From Somniosus microcephalus (Eukaryota): a stretch of 64,000 nucleotides of DNA. Shown here in pieces: positions 11,996-22,744 of the stretch; within the stretch, counting starts at the first letter, position 1; every line of letters begins with the position of its first letter. The notes under the pieces are model-generated. The model saw nothing but the letters and a program-made list of their open reading frames with translations, was not told the DNA's origin and made no database searches. A program made the translations under genes and the position numbers. The DNA is taken from assembly GCA_052327205.1 (NCBI GenBank), contig CM126233.1:35960001-36024000 (forward strand), in the 5' to 3' direction.

Positions 11996-12650
11996 CTGAA
12001 ACAACATCCAAACAGGAAGGCAGAAAAGTCAAGGCAGCTGCAAAAATGGGTTCATTTCCCAACAAAACTAAAATCCACGGCACAATCTATTATGGCGAGT
12101 AAAAGAAAATCGTTCAGTGTTTTTTCCTCTGCTCTCCTTGCTGGGGGCCAGTTCCATGTGCACCATCGGGCCTCGTACTGCACCCTCGGGACTATTTCAG
12201 GTGTCAGACTAGACAGCGAGTGTCAGCAGGACATCTGCCCCTCAGAGCTGATCTCACCCAACCTGCAGGGGTCACTGGACAGTGATCAGGACCAGGCCAA
12301 TGATCCCCGTAGTTTTTTTTTTTGGGGGGGGGGGGGGGCGCGCGGCCCATTCAAAAGTCCGCGCATGCGCGGTTTTTTCAATTTAAAAAGCCGGCTCACT
12401 GGCCACACAGCTTAAAGGGGAGCCAGGCAGCCTGGCTGGCTTTTCCCCTCCCAGGAATGCTGAAGCCAGGTGTAGTTCACCCAATGAGATCAGCAGAGAG
12501 TGGGGAATGGTACCTGGGGCCTTGCTAGTCGCTATGGTTCATACCACGCCAGGCAATGCTTTACCCATGCAAGGAGTTCCCGAAGCCACAGACCACACTG
12601 CTGTGGGGTGAAAAGAAAGCAGCAAGGGTTTGTATCTAGCGATAACACAC

Positions 12651-12768
12651 CTCCTCACTCAGGACCATGTTGCACATGCACTCAGTAGCTGCCAATCGGA
12701 TCATCTCGTGGTCTTCAAACATGTAGCTCTCAATCATTGGAATGGTTTTTTCCTTAATTATCTTCTGG
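12651..12768 (-). CDS. unc45a: UNC45A exon 18
   Basis: ttttaag|C CAG AAG...GAG|gtgtgt; [39 protein letters not shown]. Confidence 0.95.
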
Positions 12769-12982
12769 CTTAAAAAAAAAGTCAAGGGATTACTCAGTAA
12801 ATTAGTGCCAGCCTTGACCCAGTGGTAGAACCCTCACCCGAGTCAGGAGGTTGTGGGTTCAAGGCCCACTCCAGCATCCGAGCACAAAATCTCGGCAGAC
12901 ACTCCAGCGCGATACGGAGGGAGTGGTGCCCGTTTAGGCATTCGAGGAGTTCCCCTTAATGTGGTGAAGTTCAATCTGTTTA

Positions 12983-14075
12983 AAGATTTACATTTCTATA
13001 GCGCCTTTCACGACCACCGGATGTCCCAAAGCGCTTTCCAGCTAATGAAGTGTAGTCACTGTTGCAATAGAAACATAGAAGAATAGGAGCAGGAGTAGGC
13101 CATTCGGCCCCTCGAGCCTGCTCCGCCATTTAATGAGATCATGGCTGATCATCCAAATTCAGTACCCTGTCCCGGTCTTCTCCCCATATCCCTTGATCCC
13201 TTTAGCCTTAAGAAATATATCCAACTCCTTTTTTAATATATTTAATGAATTGGCCTCAACTGTCTTCTGTGGTAGAGAATTCCACAGGTTCACCACTCTC
13301 TGGGTGAAGAAATTCTTCCTCATCTCAGTCCTAAATGGCTTACTCCTTATCCTTAGACTGTGACCCCTGGTTCTGGACTCCCCCGCCATCGGGAACATCC
13401 TTCCTGCATCTAGTCTGTCTAGTCCTGTTAGAATTTTATAAGTTTCAATGAGATCCCCTCTCATTCTTCTAAACTCCAGCGAATATAAGCCTAATCGACC
13501 CAATCTCTCCTCATACGTCATTCCTGCCATCCCAGGCATCAGTCTGGTGAATCTTCGCTGCACTCCCTCCATGGCAAGAACATCCTTCCTCAGATAGGGC
13601 GACCAAAACTGCACACAATACTCAAGGTGTGGTCTCACCAAGGCCCTGTACAACTGTAGCAAGACATCCTTGCTCCTGGACTTGAATCCTCTCGCTATGA
13701 AGGCCAACATACCATTTGCCTTCTTAACCGCCTGCTGCACCTGCATGCTTACCTTCAGCGACTGGTGCACAAGGACACCCAGGTCTCGTTGCACTTCCCC
13801 TTTTCCCAATCTATTGCCATTCAGATAGTAATCTGCCTTCCTGCTTTTGCCACCAAAGTGGATAACCTCGCATTTATCCACAATGTAGGAAAAGCAGCAG
13901 CCAATTTGCGCATAGCAAGCTCCCACAAACAACAATGTGATAACGGCCAGATAATCTGTTTTAGTGATGTTGGTTGAGGGATAAATATTGGCCCAGGACA
14001 CCAGGGAGAACTCCCCCTGCTCTTCTTCGAAATAGTGCCATGGGATCTTTTACATACTCCTGAGGGGGCCTCGGT
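12983..14075 (-). mobile_element. Deu-domain SINE interrupted by a CR1 insertion
   Basis: SINE tail at 12983-13068 resumes at 13881. Confidence 0.75.
13069..13880 (-). mobile_element. 5'-truncated CR1 LINE (RT C-terminal part), apparent TSD CAAT
   Basis: LYRALVRPHLEYCVQFWSP...RKNFFTQRVVNLWNSLP; CAAT at 13065-13068 and 13881-13884. Confidence 0.9.
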
Positions 14076-14409
14076 TTAACGTCTCATCCCAAAGACTTGC
14101 ATTTCTATAGCGCCTTTCATGGCCTCAGGACGTCCCAAAGTGCCTTCCAGCCAATGAAAGACTTTTGAAGTGCAGTCACTTTACCACAGAGGGGAGCAAC
14201 AGAAATAACGCAGCGCAAAGAATCAAAGGTACGAAAACATTAAGGAATGTGGGTTGTTTTCTTTATGAGGAGATATTGAGGTGACCTAATTAAAGATTGT
14301 AAGAATTGGCAAAGATGGTGCCGGGAAATAGCTTACTGTGGTGAAGGAACTTTTTCACCCAAAGTGTAAGAGAGTTATAGAAACAGTAGCCAGGGAAGGG
14401 CACTGAAGG

Positions 14410-14530
14410 AAATAAAAACAGAAAATGCTGGAAACACTCAGCAGGTCAGGCAGTGTCTGTGGAGAGAGAAACAGAGTTAACGTTTCAGGTCGATGACCCT
14501 TCGTCAGAACTGGAAAAAGTTGGAGATGGA
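14410..14530 (-). mobile_element. Penelope terminal-repeat fragment with intact hammerhead motif
   Basis: Reverse complement AGTT-CTGACGA-AGGGTCatcGACCT-GAAACGTT-AACT at 14475-14511. Confidence 0.8.
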
Positions 14531-14636
14531 GCAGGGCACTGAAGGTGGAGATTCATCCATTTTTAAAAAGGGACGTGCTTATCCACGGAGACATTGGAGG
14601 AGCCCCCCCACCCGGCCCCTTCACCCAGTCGCTTAC

Positions 14637-14752
14637 CGCAGCCTCTCGCTGATTCCAGCCAAATTGGTTAACGCCATCAGCGACTCAAAGTTCTGCAACC
14701 CCGTACGGTCAAGGTGCAAGAGGCCGACCAGAGGTCGGATTACCTCGTAAAC
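14637..14752 (-). CDS. unc45a: UNC45A exon 17
   Basis: ccag|GTT TAC GAG...CG|gtaagc; [38 protein letters not shown]. Confidence 0.96.
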
Positions 14753-15229
14753 CTGGGGAAGCGAAAGCAGAGTGTTTTACATCAGTGACCACTTCGGAAA
14801 CTCGTCAATAAAGTGCCTCAGTCCCAGCCTCGACAGAGTGCCCACCACCATAACCAGTGGGGCTTTCTTGACACCAGCCATCCTTAGTTAGACCCGTGTG
14901 AGTGATGTGGCAAAATAGGGATAGATTTGTGCTGTCGGCCCGTGTTCACTAGGAACTGGATCAAGACTATCCAAACCCATTCACATAGAACCTTTACAGT
15001 GAGCAGACAGGCGGGTGTCCGTCCCATCACTCCGGATTGGATTTGAACCCGGTTCCCAGTAGGGAAAGGCTGGTGTCTCACCCATTATACCATCAATTCC
15101 TTAAAACTACATCAACACCACTTGAAATTTTCTGCAGAATATTTTGCAGCAGAAAACAAGGCTGTATTTTGAAAGCTGTGACGCTAATACAGTACTAAAA
15201 AAATCCTACAGCAGTGGATAGAAATCCTC

Positions 15230-15732
15230 AGGCTTTGGAGAGGGTACAGAAGCGATTTACTGGCAGGGTTCCAGGGATGAGGGATTACAGTTACGTGGAT
15301 AGACTGGAGAAGCTGGGGTTGTTCTCCTTAGAGTAGAGAAGACTAAGAGGAGATTGGATAGAGGTGTTTATTTACTCTATCTAAACCCTTCATGATTTTA
15401 AAGAGAAACTGTTTCCAATGGCTGAAGGGTCGATGACCAGAGGGCACAGATTTAAGGTGATTGGCAAAAGAACCAGAGGCGACATGAGGAAAAACTTTTT
15501 TACACAATGAGTGGTTAGGATTTGGAACGCGCTGCCTGATAGGGCGGTGGATACAGAGTCAATAGTAGCCTTCAAAAGGGAATTGGATAAATACTTGAAG
15601 GAGAAAAAATTGCAGGGATATGGGGAAAGAGTGGGGGAGTGGGACTGACTGGATTGCTCTTCGAAAGAGCCGGCGCAGACTCGATGGGCCGAACGGTCTC
15701 CTTCTGTGCTGAACTATTCTATGATTCTATGA
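15230..15732 (+). mobile_element. CR1 LINE 3' fragment ending at the exon 16 splice donor
   Basis: LERVQKRFT...RKNFFTQ*VVRIWNALP; (ATTCTATG)n tail at 15716-15732. Confidence 0.85.
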
Positions 15733-15737
15733 CTCAC

Positions 15738-15851
15738 CCTCTCTCCAGGGAAAGCAATCTCCGGGTTCGAGGTGATTGTGATCTTCGCCAATGCCTGGGC
15801 TGCCTTGGTCTTGCCGAACTCTGTGCCTTCTGATGCCAGAGGGAGCAGAGC
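15738..15851 (-). CDS. unc45a: UNC45A exon 16
   Basis: cgcag|GCT CTG...AGG|gtgagt; [38 protein letters not shown]. Confidence 0.96.
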
Positions 15852-16014
15852 CTGCGGGAATGGAGGAAGTAAAAGGCCAGGTTATTGGAAGCACATTTGT
15901 GCCATCACATCGACGTGAGTCCGATCTCAGTCACGGTGCTGGTAGGGGGGTGATAAAATCAGTCACAGTTCCCTCACTTAGGGACCTTTAAGTTAGACAC
16001 AACTCCCATTCCTA

Positions 16015-16310
16015 CATAGAGAAGATGTTTTCACTTATGGGGAGAGTTCAAAACTAGGGGCCATAAATATAAGATAGTCACTAATTAATCCAATAAAATT
16101 CAGGAGAAACTTCTTTACCCAGAGAGTGGTCAGAGTTGAGGCGAATAACATAGATGTACTTATCTACCTTCCCCTTAAATGCATGAGGGAGATGGGAATA
16201 GAAGGTTATGCTGATAGAGTGAGATGAAGTAGGGTGGGAGCAGGCTCGTGTGGAGCACAAACACTGGCAGTTAAGGCAAATGGCCTGTTTCTGTGCTTTG
16301 TATACTATGT
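16015..16310 (+). mobile_element. Degenerate CR1 3' fragment
   Basis: ACTAGGGGCCATAAATATAAG...AGAAACTTCTTTACCCAGAGAGTGGT. Confidence 0.7.
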
Positions 16311-16668
16311 CATTCCTGATTATTCTTCAACCCTTACTGGGAGTGAGGGTGTAGGAGTGCTGTGGGACAGCAGGATCGGGTTGAGCTATGATGGCCTTTA
16401 TAGTCAGACAGCCTGTTCGACACATTGTCAAGAAGAATGGGCACTTGCGAGACATAGCAGGGCTATTGGCACCCATGGCATCGTATCCCAGTGCCTTAAG
16501 AGGAAATGAACACATGCAGATACTCGCTGTCCTTGGACCACCTCACTGTCTTCTAACCACTGTCTCCAGTCATTATCCCACAAGGGCTGCAGTGCACTTT
16601 TATAAATAAACACGGGCCATCGATGCGGAAAAATGCCGAGGAGCCAACGTGCTCACTGCCGCACTCAC

Positions 16669-16735
16669 CTTCCCTCCTCCCTGAGCGACCACGATTCCAC
16701 GGTCCTCCGGGGCTTCCACCAGAGCCAGGAACACC
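16669..16735 (-). CDS. unc45a: UNC45A exon 15
   Basis: ttcag|G GTG TTC...AAG|gtgagt; VFLALVEAPEDRGIVVAQGGGK. Confidence 0.96.
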
Positions 16736-17287
16736 CTGAAATACAGAAAGGGCAGGAAGCTCTCAGTCTTGCGCCGCTCCCGCTCACTGTTACAGGGCTG
16801 CAAAGTAACGCAGCAGCAAGGCTGCATTTAACTTGGCAGCAAGTGACTGAAAAGGACCAAAATTCTCAAGTGCTAGACGCCGGCACAGCATCCAACAGTT
16901 GCTTGGAGTTGGTAACACTGAGGTAGATCGACAAGCAGCAACGACTGCTCCTACAGTAGCACCCTTAGTGTCAGCATCGCTGAGCAAGAATTAAATGTGG
17001 GGCTTCTGCTCAGTACCATACTGGGCAGTACATTTATAGACCGAGCCATGGGCTGGGTAAGGGGCAAGAGAGAAATTAAATTCCTGTATAATTTAACACA
17101 CAGCTTGGCATAATCCTGTAACCAATTCTACGACCTCGCAAATCGATCGACTGAGAAACCTCGGTTGGCAGTGTTGTCCTCTTGTCAGTTACAGAACGCA
17201 CACTCAGCCCCCCAGCCTAAAGATCTTGGGCGCTATTGGCAAAGGTAATGTTTAGGGACCAAGCGTTTGCCGAGGTTGTGGTGCGGG

Positions 17288-17830
17288 AGGGGAGCGCTGC
17301 ACTGTCGGAGGGGCAGTACTGAGGGAGTGCTGCACTGTCGGAGGGGCAGTACTGAGGGAGTGCTGCACTGTCGGAGGGGCAGTACTGAGGGAGTGCTGCA
17401 CTGTCGGAGGGGCAGTACTGAGGGAGCGCCGCACTGTCGGAGGGGCAGTACTGAGGGAGTGCCGCACTGTCGGAGGGGCAGTACTGAGGGAGCGCCGCAC
17501 TGTTGGAGGGGCAGTACTGAGGGAGTGCTGCAATGTCGGAGGTGCCGTCTTTCAGATGAGACGTTAAACCGAGGCCCCGTCTGCCCTCTCGGGTGGATGT
17601 AAAAGATCCCACGGCCACTATTTCGAAGAAGAGCAGGGGAGTTCTCCCTGGTGTCCCTCAACGAACATCACTAAAACAGATTATCTGGTCATTTATTTCA
17701 ATGTTTGTGGGAGCTTGCCGTGCTGTGTGCTGCGTTCCCTACATTACAACAGTGACTGTACTTCATTGGCTGTAAAGCGCTTTGGGACGTCCTGAGGTTG
17801 TGAAAGGCGCTATAGAAATGCACGTCTTTC
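17288..17830 (+). mobile_element. Deu-domain SINE with internal 33-bp tandem expansion
   Basis: (GGGGCAGTACTGAGGGAGTGCTGCACTGTCGGA)n then Deu block and tail. Confidence 0.85.
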
Positions 17831-18505
17831 TATTCTTTTTTGCTGCCGTTTGGTTAACACAAGTTAACTTCCTGCTGCTTGTCCACCCGCGGGACCACCG
17901 GCTTGCACAGCATCGGGTGCTGAGCGAGAACAATCGCAACTCCGAGCAATAAAGCAGGCTGCTTAGTAAAGCCAGTAAACACTGCGCCCGGTTTTGTTGT
18001 GTTGCGCATTAGTTTGGGTCTGTGGTAGCACTCTCGCCTTTCAGTCATAAGGTTGTGGGGGGGTCAGGCCCCACGCCAGAGACTGGTGTCATTTAGTGCA
18101 TTGCTGAGGGAGTGCTGCACTGTCGGAGGTGCCATCTTTCTTTCTTTGTGGGTTCGAGCCCCACTCCGAGACTTGAGCTCACAGGAGTGGACTGATGGGA
18201 GTTGAAGGTGCCATCCTTTGGATGAAATGTTAGGCCGAGGCCCTCTCTGCCTGTTGCAGTGATTCAGGCATACTGAAGATCCCCCATGGCACTACTTGAA
18301 GAGCAAGGAGATCTTCTGGTATCCCGGCTGACATTCATCCCTCAAACAACTGGTAGCTGTTTGAGGCATCTTGCTGTGCATAAATTGGTGCTCTGTTTGC
18401 CTACATAACAGGAGGTCACTGCACTTCTAAGTAAGTCACTGTATGTGAAACGCTTCCTATGCAACAATGGTTTGATTAATGCTGTTGTATCGACCACACA
18501 CGTAC

Positions 18506-18633
18506 CGAGCAATCATCTCCTTGCACGCATCTGTCAGGGCCGGACTCTCCTTCTTTGTCATACACACCAGTGCTGACACCACCCCCGCCTTCAGCAGTCT
18601 CCCGATCCGTTTCCCCACGTACTTGGGTTTATC
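18506..18633 (-). CDS. unc45a: UNC45A exon 14
   Basis: ttcag|GAT AAA...CG|gtacgt; DKPKYVGKRIGRLLKAGVVSALVCMTKKESPALTDACKEMIA. Confidence 0.96.
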
Positions 18634-18924
18634 CTGAAATGCAGCAAGTGCCAAATCGTTTTTCAGTTCTCTTAGCAACCAGGATTTTACAAAATCATAG
18701 CCCGAACCATTGTTATCCACCATAATAGAGAGAGAATGGTCCACTGGTCAGAGAGACGGTAACTACAGGGCACAAAGCTATGGTCATCACAAAAAGAATT
18801 GAGGTGGTGGTTTGGGGAGTCTTTAGCTTGGTAGCTTGGGGGGGGGGGGGGGGGGGGGGGGGAAGGGTAGAATGTGCCAGAAACCGCTGACGGAGTGAAA
18901 TCAGGAAGCACGTCTTCACACAAA

Positions 18925-19255
18925 GGTTGAAATCTGGAACTCTCGCCCCCAAAGGTTGTTTCCCGTGGCTGGAGAGTCTAGAACCAGGGGTCACAGTCTC
19001 GGGATAAGGACCCTGCCATTTAGGACTGAGATGAGGAGGAATTTCTTCACTCAGAGGGTTGTGAATCTTTGGAATTCTCTGCTCCAGAGGGCAGTGGATG
19101 CTGAATCATTGAGCATATTGGACTCTAGGGGAATCAAGGTATATGGGGATTGGGCGGGAAAGTGGAGTTGAGGTCGATGATCAGGCCTGATCTGATTGAA
19201 TGGCGGAGCAGGCTCGAGGGGCCGTGTGGCCTACTCCTGCTCCTAATTCTTATGC
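18925..19255 (+). mobile_element. CR1 LINE 3' fragment
   Basis: RRNFFTQRVVNLWNSL plus CR1 3' UTR. Confidence 0.8.
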
Positions 19256-19345
19256 TTTTAAGTCTGCATGGCTCAGATCCACGCTGGGCAGAGCACAAGT
19301 AACAAGTGTCATTCCCTGTAAACGTGGGCAGCAATCGTAGCGTAC

Positions 19346-19486
19346 CTTGGGGTGCTCCTCGGGAACGTGCTGCTTGGCGTACTTGGCCAGTTCCAGTAGC
19401 TGTGGGTCGGGCGTCTCCTTATCGTAGCTGTTTGTGCAGTTCACAAGGGTCGAGGCAACTGCAAAGAGAGCGGTTTTATCTTCTGA
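19346..19486 (-). CDS. unc45a: UNC45A exon 13
   Basis: ccag|TCA GAA...AAG|gtacgc; [22 protein letters not shown]...[16 protein letters not shown]. Confidence 0.96.
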
Positions 19487-20194
19487 CTGGGGAAGGACGA
19501 AAGTGAGAGATCGTTGTACACAAAACAGGAAGGAAGGCGGGGCAGAAAACACTGATCAGTCATCTCAGTACGGATCAGAAGATAAATACAGATCGATCAT
19601 TAGTACAGCTGGTGCTTCAACTATTCATCCTCTCCAGAAGGTGACCTTCTCCTGCTGGGATCCAGTTGCTCAGGCACCAGCAGCTTCCAGCATCTCACCC
19701 AGGTAGTCCCGTGTGAGCAGAGACTGAGCGTTAGCAGTCTATTTGATTACATAGGATATACAGCACAGAAACAGTGTGGAGAGCATCACAGTCGAGCCCA
19801 GTCCTGTCCTCATTTCGCGTGCACACTTCCAGTGAGAACCACCAGAGAACAAATCAGGAGCGGGAACGCTGACCAACTCTTCTCCTCCCGATGCCAAGGA
19901 CTAACGGGCTAATTGTAGCCCGCACTACTGCCCTGGTTGACTAACGGGGCACAGACTAGGGATCAAACCTGGGAACTGCTGGTCAGTGCAGTGGTTTTAC
20001 CCACAAGGTCACTGAGGACCTGAGCACTATCTCTGCATAACCGCACAGAGAGCCAAACGCGTGAAGGGTTAAACATTCACCGCGTCACAATGGCTCCGAC
20101 CATCCAAGTGGTGCGGCTGGAGGCTGGGATACAGACCATCGACCTCACACGGCTTCCATTCTTCCCTGTGCCGGTCGCTTAATTGCCTGCTTAC

Positions 20195-20336
20195 CTTCGC
20201 CAGCTCAAACATCGCGTGCACTGCAGGCTGGTCCTCCACAAACTCCTCCTTCACATCAGCGTCGAAGGTCAGATAGGCCAGTCCCTCCGTTGCCCAGCGT
20301 CGCATGCTGGACTGAATAGAGTCGTTGCATAACCAC
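20195..20336 (-). CDS. unc45a: UNC45A exon 12
   Basis: gtcag|G TGG TTA...AAG|gtaagc; [35 protein letters not shown]...FELAK. Confidence 0.96.
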
Positions 20337-21123
20337 CTGACGAGAGTAGAACAGCAGCGTGATCAGTCCTAGGACCCCAGCTATTCACAATATATATTAA
20401 TGATCTAGACGAGGGAACTAGATGTAATATCTCCAAGTTTGCAGATGACACAAAGCTGGGTGGGCGTGTGTGCTGTGAGGAGGATGCCGAAAAACTCCAG
20501 TACAATTTGGACAGGTTGGATGAGTGGGCAGATGCATGGCAGATGCAGTATAATGTGGATAAATGCGAGGTTATCCACTTTGGTGGCAAAAACAGGAAGA
20601 CAGATTATTATCTGAATGGCAATAGATTGGGAGAAGGGGAAGTGCAACGAGACCTGGGTGTCCTTGTGCACCAGTCGCTGAAGGTAAGCATGCAGGTGCA
20701 GCAGGCGGTTAAGAAGTAAAATGGTATGTTGGCCTTCGTAGCGAGAGGGTTCGAGTACAGGAGCAAGGATGTCTTACTGCAGTTGTACAGGGCCTTGGTG
20801 AGACCATACCTTCAGTATTGTGTGCAGTTTTGGTCGCCTTATCTGAGGAAGGATGTTCTTGCCATGGAGGGAGTGCAGCGAAGATTCACCAGGCTGATAC
20901 CTGGGATGGCAGGAATGACGTATGAGGAGAGATTGGGTCGATTGGGCTTATACTCACTGGAGTTTAGAAGAATGAGAGGGGATCTCATTGAAACTTATAA
21001 AATTCTAACAGGACTGGACACAGGAAGGATGTTCCCGATGGTGGGGGAGTCCAGAACCAGGGGTCACAGTCTAAGGATAAGGGGTAAGCCATTTAGGACA
21101 GAGATGAGGAGGAATTTCTTCAC

Positions 21124-21456
21124 CCACAGCGGCTGACCTGGGAGTGCAGTGAGCAGCGACGCCCGACCAGAGCGGACCTGCGTGAGGTAGAGGCAGCGCG
21201 GCAACTTTAAAAGGAGGGGCGAGGCGAGGCCCGACCACAGCGGCTGACCTGGGAGTGCAGTGAGCAGCGACGCCCGGCCAGAGCGGACCTGCGTGAGGTA
21301 GAGGCAGCGCAGCAACTTTAAAAGGAGGGGCGAGGCGAGGCCCGACCACAGCGGCTGACCTGGGAGTGCAGTGAGCAGCGACGCCCGACCAGAGCGGACC
21401 TGCGTGAGGTAGAGGCAGCGCAGCAACTTTAAAAGGAGGGGCGAGGCGAGGCCCAA
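21124..21456 (+). repeat. Three 111-bp GC-rich tandem monomers forming the CR1 5' end
   Basis: CCACAGCGGCTGACCTGGGAG... starts at 21124, 21235 and 21346. Confidence 0.92.
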
Positions 21457-21749
21457 CCAATTGAACAGCAGGGGAGAGAGGTAAAAAGTAATCGAAGTGT
21501 GACGTCACCAGGAAGGAGGTAAGTGATTGGTTGGTGAGTATTTATTCTTTTTATTACAATCTTAAATTCTGCAGTTTTTTTCTAGGGTCTCTGTGCTGTA
21601 GTGGAGACAGTTGGTAAACCATTTAACTGGTGTAATTAGAGGGATTGATTTAATTTAAATCCAATTAATTAAAGGGGATACTAGCATCTATAATCGGGAA
21701 GAGGGTGTCCATAACTAACAATAAAAATGTGTTAAATTAATTACATAGA

Positions 21750-22704
21750 ATGGAGCAGGTGATGTGTTACTGTTGCGAGATGTGGGAGCCGGTAGACCCC
21801 ATTGAGGCTAACGGTGAGTACATCTGTGACAAGTGTCTGCTGCTACAGGATCTCCAGCTCCGTGTTGATGAGCTGGAGTCTGAGCTTCAGATACTGCGAC
21901 ACATCAGGGAGGGGGAGAAGTACCTGGACTCTGTGTATCAGGAGGTGGTCACACCTATGAAGTTAATTAATTCAGATGTAGCCCATGGCCAGGGTCAGGA
22001 CGGTGTGACTACGAGTGAGGCAGGTACGGGGAACCAGGAGGTAGTGTTGTAGGAGCCGCAGCCCTTGCTCTTGACCAACAGGTTCAAGGTTCTTACTCCC
22101 TGTGGGGACGGGAGCAGGGGCTGCAGGGAGGATGAGCAACCTGGCCACAGCACCGTGGAACGGGGGGCCATTCAAGAGGGGGGAGTAAATAGAAATGTTG
22201 TAGTGGTAGGGGATAGTATTATTAGGGGGATAGATAAGAGTTCTCTGCAGCCAAGAGCGAGAGTCCCATAGGCTGTGTTGCCTACCCGGTGCCAGGGTTA
22301 AGGACATCTCCTCTGGGCTGGAAAGAAACTTGCAGTGGGAGGGGGTGGATCCAGTCGTCGTGGTCCATGTTGGTACAAACGACATAGATAGGACTAGGAA
22401 GCCGGTTCTGTTAAAGGAGTATGAGCAGCTAGGGGTCAAATTAAAAAACAGAACCTCAAGGGTAATAATCTCTGGATTATTACCTGAGCCACGAGCGAAT
22501 TTGGCTAGGACAAATAAAATCAGAGAGTTAAATGCGTGGCTCAAAGACTGGTGTGGGAGAAATGGGTTTTGCTTCCTGGGACACTGGCACCAGTACTGGG
22601 GCAGGAGGGAGCTGTTCCGTTGGGATGGGCTTCACTTGCCCAGTGCTGGGACTAGGGTCCTGGCGGATCATATAACTAGGGCTGTAGAGAGGGCTTTAAA
22701 CTAA
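21750..22704 (+). pseudogene. CR1 ORF1 (zinc finger, coiled coil, SGNH esterase), disrupted
   Basis: CYCC..W...CDKC, leucine heptads, VVVGDSIIR / GTND / DGLH esterase motifs; TAG at 22050-22052 and a frameshift near 22235. Confidence 0.88.
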
Positions 22705-22744
22705 CTAGTGGGGGGGGGAGGTTCCTAGAGAACAAATAATAAAA

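Noticed and set aside
17217-17661. ORFs with repeated DSAALPQYCPS / HCRRGSTEG peptides (also 48308-49195 and 62649-63266)
   Set aside because: Translations of the 33-bp SINE-internal tandem repeat
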